Shown: positions 44,281 to 52,514, counted from the first letter of the stretch. The stretch is DNA of 54,638 bases from a virus (IMGVR_UViG_3300029817_000033:1-54638); one strand, 5' to 3'. Numbers and translations: made by a program. The notes: a model not told the origin generated them from the sequence alone.

Positions 44281-45296
44281 GCCGGGTACTCGTCCCAGAG
44301 CTTGCCGTCGAGATGGCGCCCCGCCGCTCTCTTGCCACAGCGATGGAGCCGGACGAGGGACCTCCACTCTCCGGTCTCCAGTAGCCGGGCTCGCTGCTCG
44401 TCCTCGGCCCAGGGGTCGGCGGTCGTCGTACCGTCGTGAGCGAGGTAAGTCGCTCGGCCGTCGTTGACGATCGAGCCCCATTCGCCCCATTGCTTGAACA
44501 GGAACGGCACGGAGCGGCCGTCGCAGTCGCACTCGGGAGGCTCCCAGGGCCCGGCCCAGTCGTCCCGGCCGTCGAGCCAGAGCGAGAGCGAGCACCAGTC
44601 GGCGTGGGTGCCCTTCGCACAGAGCCAGCGCATCTCGCGAGCCCAGTCGGGGTGCATCGGCCGGGCCTTCGGTCCCGACTCGCCACCGACGATCACCCAG
44701 TCGATCCCTCGGAGATCGAGCGCCTGGTAGACCGAACCGAGCAGCGGCTCGATCGAGAGGAACCGCACGGCGGCCGGGGTCTCCAGCAGATGCCCGGCCC
44801 GGAACTGGTACGGCTTGCTCTCGATCGAGACGCCCAGCCAGACGTTCGCGAGCGGCCAGTCAAAGTCTCCGGCAGCAGCGCCCCGGACGTCGTCGACGAG
44901 TCGGATGAACTCCCGATCGTGCAGTAGCCGGGCCATCCGTTGCGGACGCTTCGTGAGCACCTGGAAGGTGTGTTGCCTGGCTCGCTCCATCGTGGCGAAG
45001 ACGGCCGCGATGAACTCGGCGGGGACGTCGGGGTGGAACAGGTCGCTCATCGAGTCGACGAAGATGCGCCGGGGCTTCGCCCAGTGAAGCGGGTCTTCGA
45101 GGCGCTCGCGCAACAGCCGGACCTCCCCGGTGAAGACCCCGTCGACGGCGAGCCCGGCGTAGGTCGGGAACTGCCGGAGCCGCCCCGACGCCTCTCGTGC
45201 CGCGTAGCAGTGCTCGCAGCCCGGCGAGACCTCTTCGCACCCGACGGTCGGGTTCCAGGTGGCGTCAGTCCACTCGATCTTGCTTTCGCTGCTCAC
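44277..45296 (-). CDS. DUF5131 / phage Gp37-Gp68 family protein (radical-SAM-like)
   Basis: IEWTDATWNP..GC..VSPGC.HCYA, SMSDLFH, LTKRP, WVIVGGESG and FKQWG motifs. Confidence 0.92.
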   Translation of the reverse strand: MSSESKIEWTDATWNPTVGCEEVSPGCEHCYAAREASGRLRQFPTYAGLAVDGVFTGEVRLLRERLEDPLHWAKPRRIFVDSMSDLFHPDVPAEFIAAVFATMERARQHTFQVLTKRPQRMARLLHDREFIRLVDDVRGAAAGDFDWPLANVWLGVSIESKPYQFRAGHLLETPAAVRFLSIEPLLGSVYQALDLRGIDWVIVGGESGPKARPMHPDWAREMRWLCAKGTHADWCSLSLWLDGRDDWAGPWEPPECDCDGRSVPFLFKQWGEWGSIVNDGRATYLAHDGTTTADPWAEDEQRARLLETGEWRSLVRLHRCGKRAAGRHLDGKLWDEYPA

Positions 45297-46635
45297 GTTG
45301 CGCCTCCCTTCGGCGACGGTGCTCCAGCGCTCGGGTCTCCACGAAGGCGAACGTCGTCGGCGTGTGCTTCGTGAAGTGCTGGATGGCATAGAGAGCGGTC
45401 AGCCCGACATCGGCCAACTCGGTCAGCAGGTCGTCCATGTCGCCGTACTCGCCCTTACGGGGGTTCTGCCCGGTGATGCCGATGAGGGCGTCGATCGCCT
45501 CGCCCGCCTCCTCGACGACCTTGGAGACTCGTGCCCAGTCCTGGGCGAGCGGCTGCTCCTTGTACCGCTCGGAGACGAAGCCGTCGAGGTCGGCGTCCAT
45601 CCACTCGACGCAAGCGACGAGGTTCTCGTAGAAGTTCCCCATCAGTCGGGGAGCTTCATGGTGGATCGCCGTGACGTGCTCCTCGGAGCACCCGGCGTCG
45701 CGGCAGAGCGCCGCGTAGTTGAGGATGGCGTCGGCTGCGAGCTTGTCTTGCGCTCGGAGCACGAAGCAGGGCTCGTCCTCCTCTAGAGGCTTGTGGCCCT
45801 CGCGAACCTCGACGGTGAACTTGGCGTCGTGCATGGCTCCTCCTTGTTGGGTTGGTTGGTCGGTCGGTTGATCGTGGTTCGTCGTCGGGGCGAACAGTTG
45901 CAGCTCCTCGCCCCGGTGAGCGATCTCCCGGCAGTAGCCAGCCGAGAGTTCGAGCCCGACGACGCCGCGACCGAGACGCCGGGCTTCATAGATCGTCGTG
46001 CCGGAGCCGACGAAGGGATCGAGGACAACGTCACCGGGCCAGGTCGCGAGCCAGAGGCAGCGCCGGACTAGCTCGGCGGGGAAGGGAGCCGGGTGGTTGG
46101 CGAGCCTCTTCGCCGTGGCGAAGCTCCAGATGGACTTGGTGATCTCCAGGAAGGCATCGGTTGGGCAGTCGTTCGGTCCCGTCCGGCCCCGAGCGAACGG
46201 CGGCCGGAAGAACCAGAGCACCACCTCGTGACGGCCTCGGACGTTCGGTGCGTTCGGTGAGAGCCAGCTCCCCCACGAGCACGGGGCGTCCTTGCCGAAC
46301 TGCTCCCAGACGATGAGCATGCGGTAGTCGAGCCCCGCCGCAGCGAGCGCCTCGCGCCAGACGAGGTCGGGCGCCCAGCGGGACGAGCCTCGTCCTCCGG
46401 GGTCGCTCTGGGCATCGGTAGGCACGTTGACGAAGCAGCGGCCACCAGGCACGAGCACGCGCTCGAACTCGATCGCCCAGTCCTCGACTCGGGCCTGGTA
46501 GACGTCGGGTGGGCAGTAGTCGTCCACGCCGTCGTAGTCCATCCCCAGGTTGTAGGGCGGGGATGTCACAATGCAGTCGACCGACTCCGATCGGATCGGG
46601 AGCCGAGCTGCGTCGGCCTGGACGACGTCGCTCAA
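45265..46635 (-). CDS. N4C/N6A DNA methyltransferase fused in frame to a small domain and a MazG-like pyrophosphatase
   Basis: TSPPYN, HPAPFP, LDPFVGSGTT; then DEPCFVLRAQD; then EEAGE...ELADV; no intervening stop. Confidence 0.85.
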   Translation of the reverse strand: MSDVVQADAARLPIRSESVDCIVTSPPYNLGMDYDGVDDYCPPDVYQARVEDWAIEFERVLVPGGRCFVNVPTDAQSDPGGRGSSRWAPDLVWREALAAAGLDYRMLIVWEQFGKDAPCSWGSWLSPNAPNVRGRHEVVLWFFRPPFARGRTGPNDCPTDAFLEITKSIWSFATAKRLANHPAPFPAELVRRCLWLATWPGDVVLDPFVGSGTTIYEARRLGRGVVGLELSAGYCREIAHRGEELQLFAPTTNHDQPTDQPTQQGGAMHDAKFTVEVREGHKPLEEDEPCFVLRAQDKLAADAILNYAALCRDAGCSEEHVTAIHHEAPRLMGNFYENLVACVEWMDADLDGFVSERYKEQPLAQDWARVSKVVEEAGEAIDALIGITGQNPRKGEYGDMDDLLTELADVGLTALYAIQHFTKHTPTTFAFVETRALEHRRRREAQREQRKQDRVD

Positions 46636-47090
46636 GGAGCCCACTCCCAGAGCCCTTGCTTGCCTCTCGCCGGGACCGGCTCGGGGAGCCTTGTGATCTC
46701 GCCGAGCAGCCAGGCGTAGCGCCCCGGCGTGAAGTCGCCGTAGCCGGGTTGGGGGTCGTCGATGGAGAAGCAGAAGCCCTCGGTCGGGACGACATCGAGC
46801 AGCTCGCACGTCGCGAGCACGGAGCCGAAGGGTGGCGTGATGTAGCCCTGCTGGTAGCCCTCGCCAGCAGCACACTCGTGCCACAGCTCGTAGCCGTCAC
46901 AGAGCCCGTAGACCTCGGCCAAAGCCTCCCAGGCAACGTCGGAGCCCGGGAAGGCCCAGGCAGCTCCCATCACGGAGGCGTGGATCGCGAGAGGACCCCG
47001 GTAGCTCGTCTTCCACGACCGCGTCTCGATCGTCTTCACGCCCTCGGCGACGAGCGACGCCCAGGGCTGCCAGAGCGTGAGCGCCTTCAT
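46632..47090 (-). CDS. ASCH-domain protein
   Basis: KALTLWQPWASLVAEGVKTIETRSW...LAIHA...GKQGLW. Confidence 0.92.
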   Translation of the reverse strand: MKALTLWQPWASLVAEGVKTIETRSWKTSYRGPLAIHASVMGAAWAFPGSDVAWEALAEVYGLCDGYELWHECAAGEGYQQGYITPPFGSVLATCELLDVVPTEGFCFSIDDPQPGYGDFTPGRYAWLLGEITRLPEPVPARGKQGLWEWAP

Positions 47091-47350
47091 GGACGCCGCC
47101 GGCCGCCGATCCGGGCCACGTTGATCCTCGCTCCGACCTCGTGCTCCAGCTCTCGGTCGTAGCGACTGCGCTTCCACCCTCGGTAGAGCAGCCGGGTGCA
47201 CTCGGCGGCGCCGAGCATGGCCAGGCAGGCGACCGCCCAGACGAAGCCGAACGAGCCCGGCCCGTGGGCATGTCGGCCGATCTCGTAGCCCCCGCAGATG
47301 GCGACCGCCCAGATGAGCCCGGTCCCGATGACGAGCTTGGTTCGCTTCAT
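47087..47350 (-). CDS. Two-helix membrane protein
   Basis: Two hydrophobic segments; ATGA coupling. Confidence 0.65.
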   Translation of the reverse strand: MKRTKLVIGTGLIWAVAICGGYEIGRHAHGPGSFGFVWAVACLAMLGAAECTRLLYRGWKRSRYDRELEHEVGARINVARIGGRRRP

Positions 47351-47532
47351 GGCTTCTCCTCTCGAATGATGAGCCTGGTCAGCTCGCGGCCAGGCAGCAG
47401 CAGGGACTCGTCGATCGTGAAGGGTGGGGGCGGGACACGCCGGAGCTGCTCGACTTCGAGCTGCTCGACGAGCGGGTAGCGCTCGCTCTCCAGCCGGGCG
47501 AGAAGCACCGCTCTTTCCTCATCGGGGCTCAT
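47347..47532 (-). CDS. Hypothetical protein
   Basis: GGAAGGAGG RBS. Confidence 0.55.
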   Translation of the reverse strand: MSPDEERAVLLARLESERYPLVEQLEVEQLRRVPPPPFTIDESLLLPGRELTRLIIREEKP

Positions 47533-47950
47533 CGCCCTCCTTCCAGGTGCTAGGGGACTTTAGCATCCAACTCTGGACAGGCACGGCTTCTGGGTCTTGC
47601 CAGCTCGACAGGATGACGCCGAGCTTCTTGGCGTCGGCGACGTTCGCGTGCGCCCAGCCGTGGCAGTTGCACTCCGACCAGGCGTTGCCGAGCAGGAGCA
47701 GGTTGCTCAAGTCATTCGAATGCGGGTCGTGGGGGTCTCGGCGCTTGCGATGGTGCCGCTCCCAGGTCTTCGGGTGGAGCCGCCCGCCACAGAGTTCACA
47801 GCAACCACCCGAGCGCCGGACCAGCTCCGGCGTGATGAGGTCCAGCTCCCGCTCGAAGTCTCGATGACGCTGGCTCTCCTTGAAGGCCCTCTGCTGCCTC
47901 GCGAACCCCCGGCGCCTGAGCGGCGAGCGCCGGAGCGGCGAGCCCTTCAT
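47519..47950 (-). CDS. HNH endonuclease
   Basis: CELC...HHR...SNL...CNCH...H. Confidence 0.85.
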   Translation of the reverse strand: MKGSPLRRSPLRRRGFARQQRAFKESQRHRDFERELDLITPELVRRSGGCCELCGGRLHPKTWERHHRKRRDPHDPHSNDLSNLLLLGNAWSECNCHGWAHANVADAKKLGVILSSWQDPEAVPVQSWMLKSPSTWKEGDEPR

Positions 47951-48171
47951 GTCGCGTGCGCCTCGTCATAGGGGCAGCCGCAGAAGCGGCGCGGGTTGGC
48001 CTTCTTGAAGGCGGCCTGCTCCCCGATGTAGTCGATGACATCTCCGTGGGGGTCCTGGTGCCCAGGGCCCGGCTTGCCCTGACGGGTCTCTCTGATGAGC
48101 TGCTGCCCTCGCTCGGCTCTCCAGATCCAGATGTCTTCGATCTCGACTTCGACGGGCTTCGTCTCGGTCAT
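47947..48171 (-). CDS. Hypothetical protein
   Basis: ATGA coupling at both ends. Confidence 0.55.
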   Translation of the reverse strand: MTETKPVEVEIEDIWIWRAERGQQLIRETRQGKPGPGHQDPHGDVIDYIGEQAAFKKANPRRFCGCPYDEAHAT

Positions 48172-48968
48172 CCTGTCTCCTCTCGTCTCGGGATCAACGC
48201 CCGCAGCTCGGCGGGCATCGGAGCCGCTGGCTCGTCGCTCGGCGGCTCGATCGGTCGGTCATAGGGGCGTCGCTCTCGCTGTGTCTGCATGGCGGTCGCC
48301 ACCGGGGCGATCACCTGTCGGTTCTTCACGAGCGACTGGGGGGTGACGCTGAGCCCGGGCCAGGTTCGGCGATGAGCGTCGCCGAGCGCGCGCACCGCCT
48401 CCGGTGTGAGCCCGATGTCATTGAACTCCTTCATGGCTGCGGCGATGCGCCCGGCCTCCGAGCGAGCGAAGGGTTCGACCATCCCACAGGCGGCTGCGAT
48501 GGCGTCGAACATGGCATTCCGGGGGCGCCCTGTCTTCGGCGGCTCTGCCGACGGGGAGTTCTCTCTACGTTCACTAGTGTTGGTTAATACGAGAGAACCG
48601 GTCGTTGCGACCTCAGGCTCCGGCTCGTTGCGACCTCTGAGGTCGCAAGGTGCTACCTCTGGCTCCGGCTCGTTGCGACCTCTGAGGTCGCAAGGTGCTA
48701 CCTCTGGCATCAGGAACCGGTAGCGCGCCGCCTGCCGCTTCGTGGCCTCGGCGATCAGCTCCAGATACCCGTCGTCGAGCATCCGACGAACGGCTCGCCG
48801 AACGGAGTCCTCGCTCGATCGGCACTTGGCGGCGAGGCGACTCTGCGTCATCCAGAACTCGTAGCCGTGCATGTCGTCAACCGAGTCGGCGATCGCCAGA
48901 TGGACAGCGAACGTGCGGTCGGTGTAGGGCGAGTGATCGAACACCCAGCCGGTCGTCTTGCCACTCAT
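48168..48968 (-). CDS. Replication initiator-like protein (N-terminal winged HTH)
   Basis: V.LAIAD...W..Q.RLA..C...SV.RA....G.L; central repeats; follows SSB. Confidence 0.8.
   Translation of the reverse strand: MSGKTTGWVFDHSPYTDRTFAVHLAIADSVDDMHGYEFWMTQSRLAAKCRSSEDSVRRAVRRMLDDGYLELIAEATKRQAARYRFLMPEVAPCDLRGRNEPEPEVAPCDLRGRNEPEPEVATTGSLVLTNTSERRENSPSAEPPKTGRPRNAMFDAIAAACGMVEPFARSEAGRIAAAMKEFNDIGLTPEAVRALGDAHRRTWPGLSVTPQSLVKNRQVIAPVATAMQTQRERRPYDRPIEPPSDEPAAPMPAELRALIPRREETG
48603..48708. repeat. Iteron-like 45-bp tandem repeat with internal palindrome; putative origin
   Basis: Units at 48616-48660 and 48661-48705, each containing ttgcgacctc-t-gaggtcgcaa; AT-richer tract at about 48560-48598. 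Confidence 0.75.
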
Positions 48969-49103
48969 GACGGACGACTCTCCGGCCGGGCTAGTCTGGC
49001 GACTGCCATGCGACCTCCTTCACAGGTCGATGAGCGGCCCTGGAGCCCCCCACAACTCCAGGGCCGTCTCGCGTCTCAGGGGTGTGACGCTAGCGCGCCT
49101 CGC

Positions 49104-49517
49104 CTAGAAGGGCTCTTCGTCGTCGTAGCCGTGAGGGGCCTCGCGGGGTGGCGGGCCGCCTGAGCGCTGGATCTTCGTCACGACGGCGGTCGCCCAGCGA
49201 AGATCCGGCCCGACCGAGTCGGCGACGACCTCGATCTTCGAGCGCTTGTCGCCGTCGGCCGTCTCCCAGGAGCGCTGCTCCAGGCGACCGACGACGATCA
49301 CCCGAGCGCCTCGCGAGAGCGACTCGCAGACGTTCTCACCCAGCTCTCGCCAGCAGACGACATCGAGGAACGAGGTCTCCTCTTTCCACTCGTTGCCCTC
49401 CCTGTAGCGCCGGTTGACGGCCAGGCCGAAGCTGGCCACGCCCTGCCCGGAGGCGGTGAACCGCAGCTCCGGGTCTCTGGTGATGTTCCCCACCAGGGTC
49501 ACAGAGTTCGATGGCAT
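49104..49517 (-). CDS. ssb: Single-stranded DNA-binding protein
   Basis: VTLVGNITRDPELRFT..G, GRLEQRSWE and C-terminal DDEEPF. Confidence 0.97.
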   Translation of the reverse strand: MPSNSVTLVGNITRDPELRFTASGQGVASFGLAVNRRYREGNEWKEETSFLDVVCWRELGENVCESLSRGARVIVVGRLEQRSWETADGDKRSKIEVVADSVGPDLRWATAVVTKIQRSGGPPPREAPHGYDDEEPF

Positions 49518-50836
49518 CACCAAGCCTCCTCGTCACTAGCGACCGGCTGCCCGGCCTCGTCCAGCGGCCGAGAGTCGGGCTCTCCCTCCAGTTCATTCGC
49601 TGCGTGCTCGGCGAGAGCCTCGTCTCGCCCCGCTGCGAGCGCTGCTGCCTCGGCATCGGAGAACTCGTGCTCGTCCTCTCCCTCGTCCACCGGGGGCGCC
49701 GGAGACCGGAAGCTTGCCGACGATGCGGCGGCGATCTTGTCGGTCAGCTCGGCGCCGCCTGCCGAGATGGGGGTGACTCCGGCGACCGCCAGCTTCTCGG
49801 CCTCCTCGGCTGCCATCGCTGCCGCGAGGCGGCGCTTGCGCTCGTCGGCCGTCCCGTCCTTGGAGAGCTTCCGCCTCCCCAGCTCTCCCGAGATGCCCGC
49901 GGTGCTGAGGATGGCGACCTCACGAGTCGCTCGATCGAGAACGGCTTGCGCCGCCTCCGGGCTGCCAGCGATCCGTTCGAGGTCGCGCGCCGACGGGGCG
50001 CGGGCCGTCTTCGGAGCCTCGGGCTCTGCTGCCGGGGGCGCGCTGGGCTCTGGAGCTGCGGCGGGCGGGGACTGCCCTGCGAGCTGTCCCGCAACCTCGT
50101 GGAGAGCCTCGCCTAGGCTCGCCACAGCCTCTCCAGGGGGCGGGGGCGGCTCAGATGGCGCGCTTGGGGCTTCTGGAGCCGCCACGGCTGGCTGAGCGGC
50201 CGGAGACGGGGGTTCTGCGGACTGCTCGACGCTCGCCTTCGCCCGGGCGAACAGCGCCTCGGCGATGTCGAGTGGCAGCGGCCAGCGTCGCTCGATCTCT
50301 TGCGACTTGAGCCACTTCCGAATGTCGGCGAGAGCCTCACCGTCGAGCTGCGCCCAGAGGGCCACGACTCGGTCGTGCGTCTGGACGAAGTCCTCGGCTC
50401 CGGCGTAGCCGAACTGCTGCCACTGTTCGATGTTGGAGCGCTCGGCCTCTCGGTTGCGGACGTCCTCGGCGCTGGCGATCGACTTCGACTCGCTCGCGAG
50501 AGCGGCCACGATCGCCCGCCCCCACGCGCTCGTCTCGGCGTTCTGTAGCTCGCTGTCCTTCGTGTAGGGCGTCGTGCCGGGGAACTTCTCCCAGGCGAGC
50601 CCGATCCCTGGGTGCTCATCTCGGGGCGAGCGGTAGGCAGCGGCGGCGTAGACGAGGTACGTCCTCGTGACCTCGACGCTGGAGCCGTCGTCCTTCTCGA
50701 CGATGACCTGGAGCCGCTCGAACCAGTAGGGCCGGGTCTTGTCGACCGGCTCCAGGTTGCCCTCCGGGTGCTTCTCCTTGAAGTCCTTGATCCTCTCGGG
50801 GACTTGCTTGTAGTTCGGGTCCAGTTCAAAGGCCAT
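49517..50836 (-). CDS. Rad52/Sak-like single-strand annealing protein with SAP-like C-terminal motif
   Basis: Y..V.ERI..F and NAETSAWGRA motifs; lies between Gam-like gene and SSB. Confidence 0.65.
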   Translation of the reverse strand: MAFELDPNYKQVPERIKDFKEKHPEGNLEPVDKTRPYWFERLQVIVEKDDGSSVEVTRTYLVYAAAAYRSPRDEHPGIGLAWEKFPGTTPYTKDSELQNAETSAWGRAIVAALASESKSIASAEDVRNREAERSNIEQWQQFGYAGAEDFVQTHDRVVALWAQLDGEALADIRKWLKSQEIERRWPLPLDIAEALFARAKASVEQSAEPPSPAAQPAVAAPEAPSAPSEPPPPPGEAVASLGEALHEVAGQLAGQSPPAAAPEPSAPPAAEPEAPKTARAPSARDLERIAGSPEAAQAVLDRATREVAILSTAGISGELGRRKLSKDGTADERKRRLAAAMAAEEAEKLAVAGVTPISAGGAELTDKIAAASSASFRSPAPPVDEGEDEHEFSDAEAAALAAGRDEALAEHAANELEGEPDSRPLDEAGQPVASDEEAW

Positions 50837-51038
50837 TCGTCTCCTCCTCTATCGGGTCGAACTCGGTGCAGCCACAGTCGTCGCAACCAAGCGGCGGCTC
50901 GGCGTGCTGGTACAGGATGCCTCCGCAGCGGCACTTCTTCGCCAGCTCCGGTGAGAGCTGAGAGAAGGCGTAGCGGGGGTGCTTCACGGCCACCAGGAGC
51001 GGCCTCTCGGTCACGCTCGGGTGGTCTGCTCGGGTCAT
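50826..51038 (-). CDS. Small Cys/His zinc-binding protein
   Basis: CRC.....H......CDDCGCTEF. Confidence 0.6.
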   Translation of the reverse strand: MTRADHPSVTERPLLVAVKHPRYAFSQLSPELAKKCRCGGILYQHAEPPLGCDDCGCTEFDPIEEETNGL

Positions 51039-51640
51039 GACTGGCGCTCGGTCGGGACTGCCTTGAAGCTGTCCTCCTTCGGCACGACCACGTAGACGCC
51101 GGGGATGACCTCACCCTCGTGGGCGAGGCTGAACTCCAACAGCTCGCCGAAGGGTCGGCTCTCGCCAGCTCTGAGCTTCTTGAGGTCGTCCTTCTTCGGC
51201 TCTGGCTCCGGGGGCTCCGGCCAGCGGAGCAGCTCCGGCGCGTTGGCGCGCGCCCAGGCCCGGAAGCTGTCCGGGTCTCGGACGTCGACGGACTCGCGGG
51301 GCTTCGTCAGCTTGAGCACTCCGCTCGGGAGCTGGAGCGTCTTGGGGCCGCCGCGCGCCACGCGGAAGCGCATGAAGACTTCGAGCCCTCGCTCGATCCA
51401 GGATGCCTCGCGCGCCGCCTTCGCCTTGCGGCGGTCGCACCAGTCGTCGATCTCGGCGATGCGCTCCTTGCGGAGCTTCTCGATCCGGGCCTCCTCGGCA
51501 GCGATGGTCGCCCGACGGTAGAGCAGCCGGTCGGCGAAGACATCGTCTTCGATCGCCAGCTCGCCGCTGTCGGGAACGTCGGCGAGGTCGTCGTCCATCC
51601 AGGCGTCCAGATACGCCGAGAGGGCGGGGGATGGTTCCAT
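51035..51640 (-). CDS. Mu Gam-like host-nuclease inhibitor
   Basis: Coiled coil followed by KTLQLPSGVLKLTK...IPGV; first gene of the recombination module. Confidence 0.7.
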   Translation of the reverse strand: MEPSPALSAYLDAWMDDDLADVPDSGELAIEDDVFADRLLYRRATIAAEEARIEKLRKERIAEIDDWCDRRKAKAAREASWIERGLEVFMRFRVARGGPKTLQLPSGVLKLTKPRESVDVRDPDSFRAWARANAPELLRWPEPPEPEPKKDDLKKLRAGESRPFGELLEFSLAHEGEVIPGVYVVVPKEDSFKAVPTERQS

Positions 51641-51678
51641 GCTTTCTCCTTCCAAGAGACGGGCTCTGAGCCCGGTTG

Positions 51679-51694
51679 CTATAGCGCACTATAG
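51679..51694 (-). promoter_or_regulatory. Putative early promoter -10 (TATAGT) inside a CTATAG-N4-CTATAG element
   Basis: Rare AT-rich motif upstream of the first early gene. Confidence 0.5.
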
Positions 51695-51714
51695 ACCACC
51701 CCTGCGCGCTGGCG

Positions 51715-51824
51715 CGAGAAAGGGCCGGGCTCCGGCCGGTACGCCTTGAGGAAGCCTTCGAGTGCCTCCCGTCTCCGACCTTCCGCCCGACCCCTGCTCG
51801 GCAAGTTCTTGGAAGGATATGCGC
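51715..51824 (-). ncRNA. Candidate small RNA with anti-RBS seed
   Basis: TAACAT box at 51830-51835; TCCTTCCAAGA near the 5' end; 3' hairpin GGCCGG-AGC-CCGGCC followed by CTTTCT. Confidence 0.4.
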
Positions 51825-51849
51825 TCTCGATGTTAGCGCGGGAGCCCGC

Positions 51850-52185
51850 TCAGTGAGCGGCGTGCGCTCCCTTCGGCGAGCCGATCGCCGTGAGCGCGCG
51901 GTTGACCGCGCGGCCCGCGCTCGTCGTCTTGAAGACGATCGGGTAGGCGATCGTCGCCCAGGTGAAGATGAGCCCGGCGAGCCCGGCGACATTCGGGGCG
52001 TTGAAGAGGCTCGGCTGGTCGATCGCCACGGCGGCGCAAGCCACGGCGGCCGACACGACCATGCAGACGCCCTGGGCGACCTGGCTCGGCCAGTTCTCGT
52101 GCTTGATGAGGCTCGTCACCGGAGTCGCCACGATGCCACCGATGACGACGATCAGCGTGATCGTCGCCGCTGAGAGGTCGTTCAC
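51850..52185 (-). CDS. Holin (putative)
   Basis: About 111 aa, three hydrophobic segments, basic tail; GTGA coupling; last gene of the lysis cassette. Confidence 0.7.
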   Translation of the reverse strand: MNDLSAATITLIVVIGGIVATPVTSLIKHENWPSQVAQGVCMVVSAAVACAAVAIDQPSLFNAPNVAGLAGLIFTWATIAYPIVFKTTSAGRAVNRALTAIGSPKGAHAAH

Positions 52186-52514
52186 GATCCCTCCTTTGGA
52201 GGTAGTTCCGGGATGTCCGGGTGGTGCAGGATGATGTGGCCGAGCATCCGGCGCAGCTCCTCCCGGTCCTCGCGAGCACTCGTCATGTGCTCGTGCAGGG
52301 GCTTGAGCTTGTCGTCCACGAAGCGGTGCGCCGCCCTGCCGATGGCTCGCCGGAGCGGCGGCCAGAGTGTCGCCCCGACCACGGCGCCGAAGGCGATGGC
52401 GATGATCTGCTCGCTGGCGTTGGTGAACCAGTTGCCGGGCGTGAACCCCCATGCCAGGAAGTGCCGAAGGTGGTCCAGGTCGTAGACCACGTTGGCGTGG
52501 ATGAAGGCGATCAC
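52182..52514 (-). CDS. Single-pass membrane protein of the lysis cassette
   Basis: Hydrophobic helix followed by coiled coil; GTGA coupling. Confidence 0.6.
   Translation of the reverse strand: MIAFIHANVVYDLDHLRHFLAWGFTPGNWFTNASEQIIAIAFGAVVGATLWPPLRRAIGRAAHRFVDDKLKPLHEHMTSAREDREELRRMLGHIILHHPDIPELPPKEGS

Noticed and set aside
48603-48708. Palindromic repeats as a CRISPR array
   Set aside because: The units are tandem with identical intervening sequence, lie in frame within a CDS, and no cas genes are present.
51808-51836. Plus-strand mini-ORF MRSRC after CTTGGAAGGA
   Set aside because: Only five codons with a 1-nt RBS spacing; the antisense-seed reading on the minus strand fits better, though this is not fully excluded.
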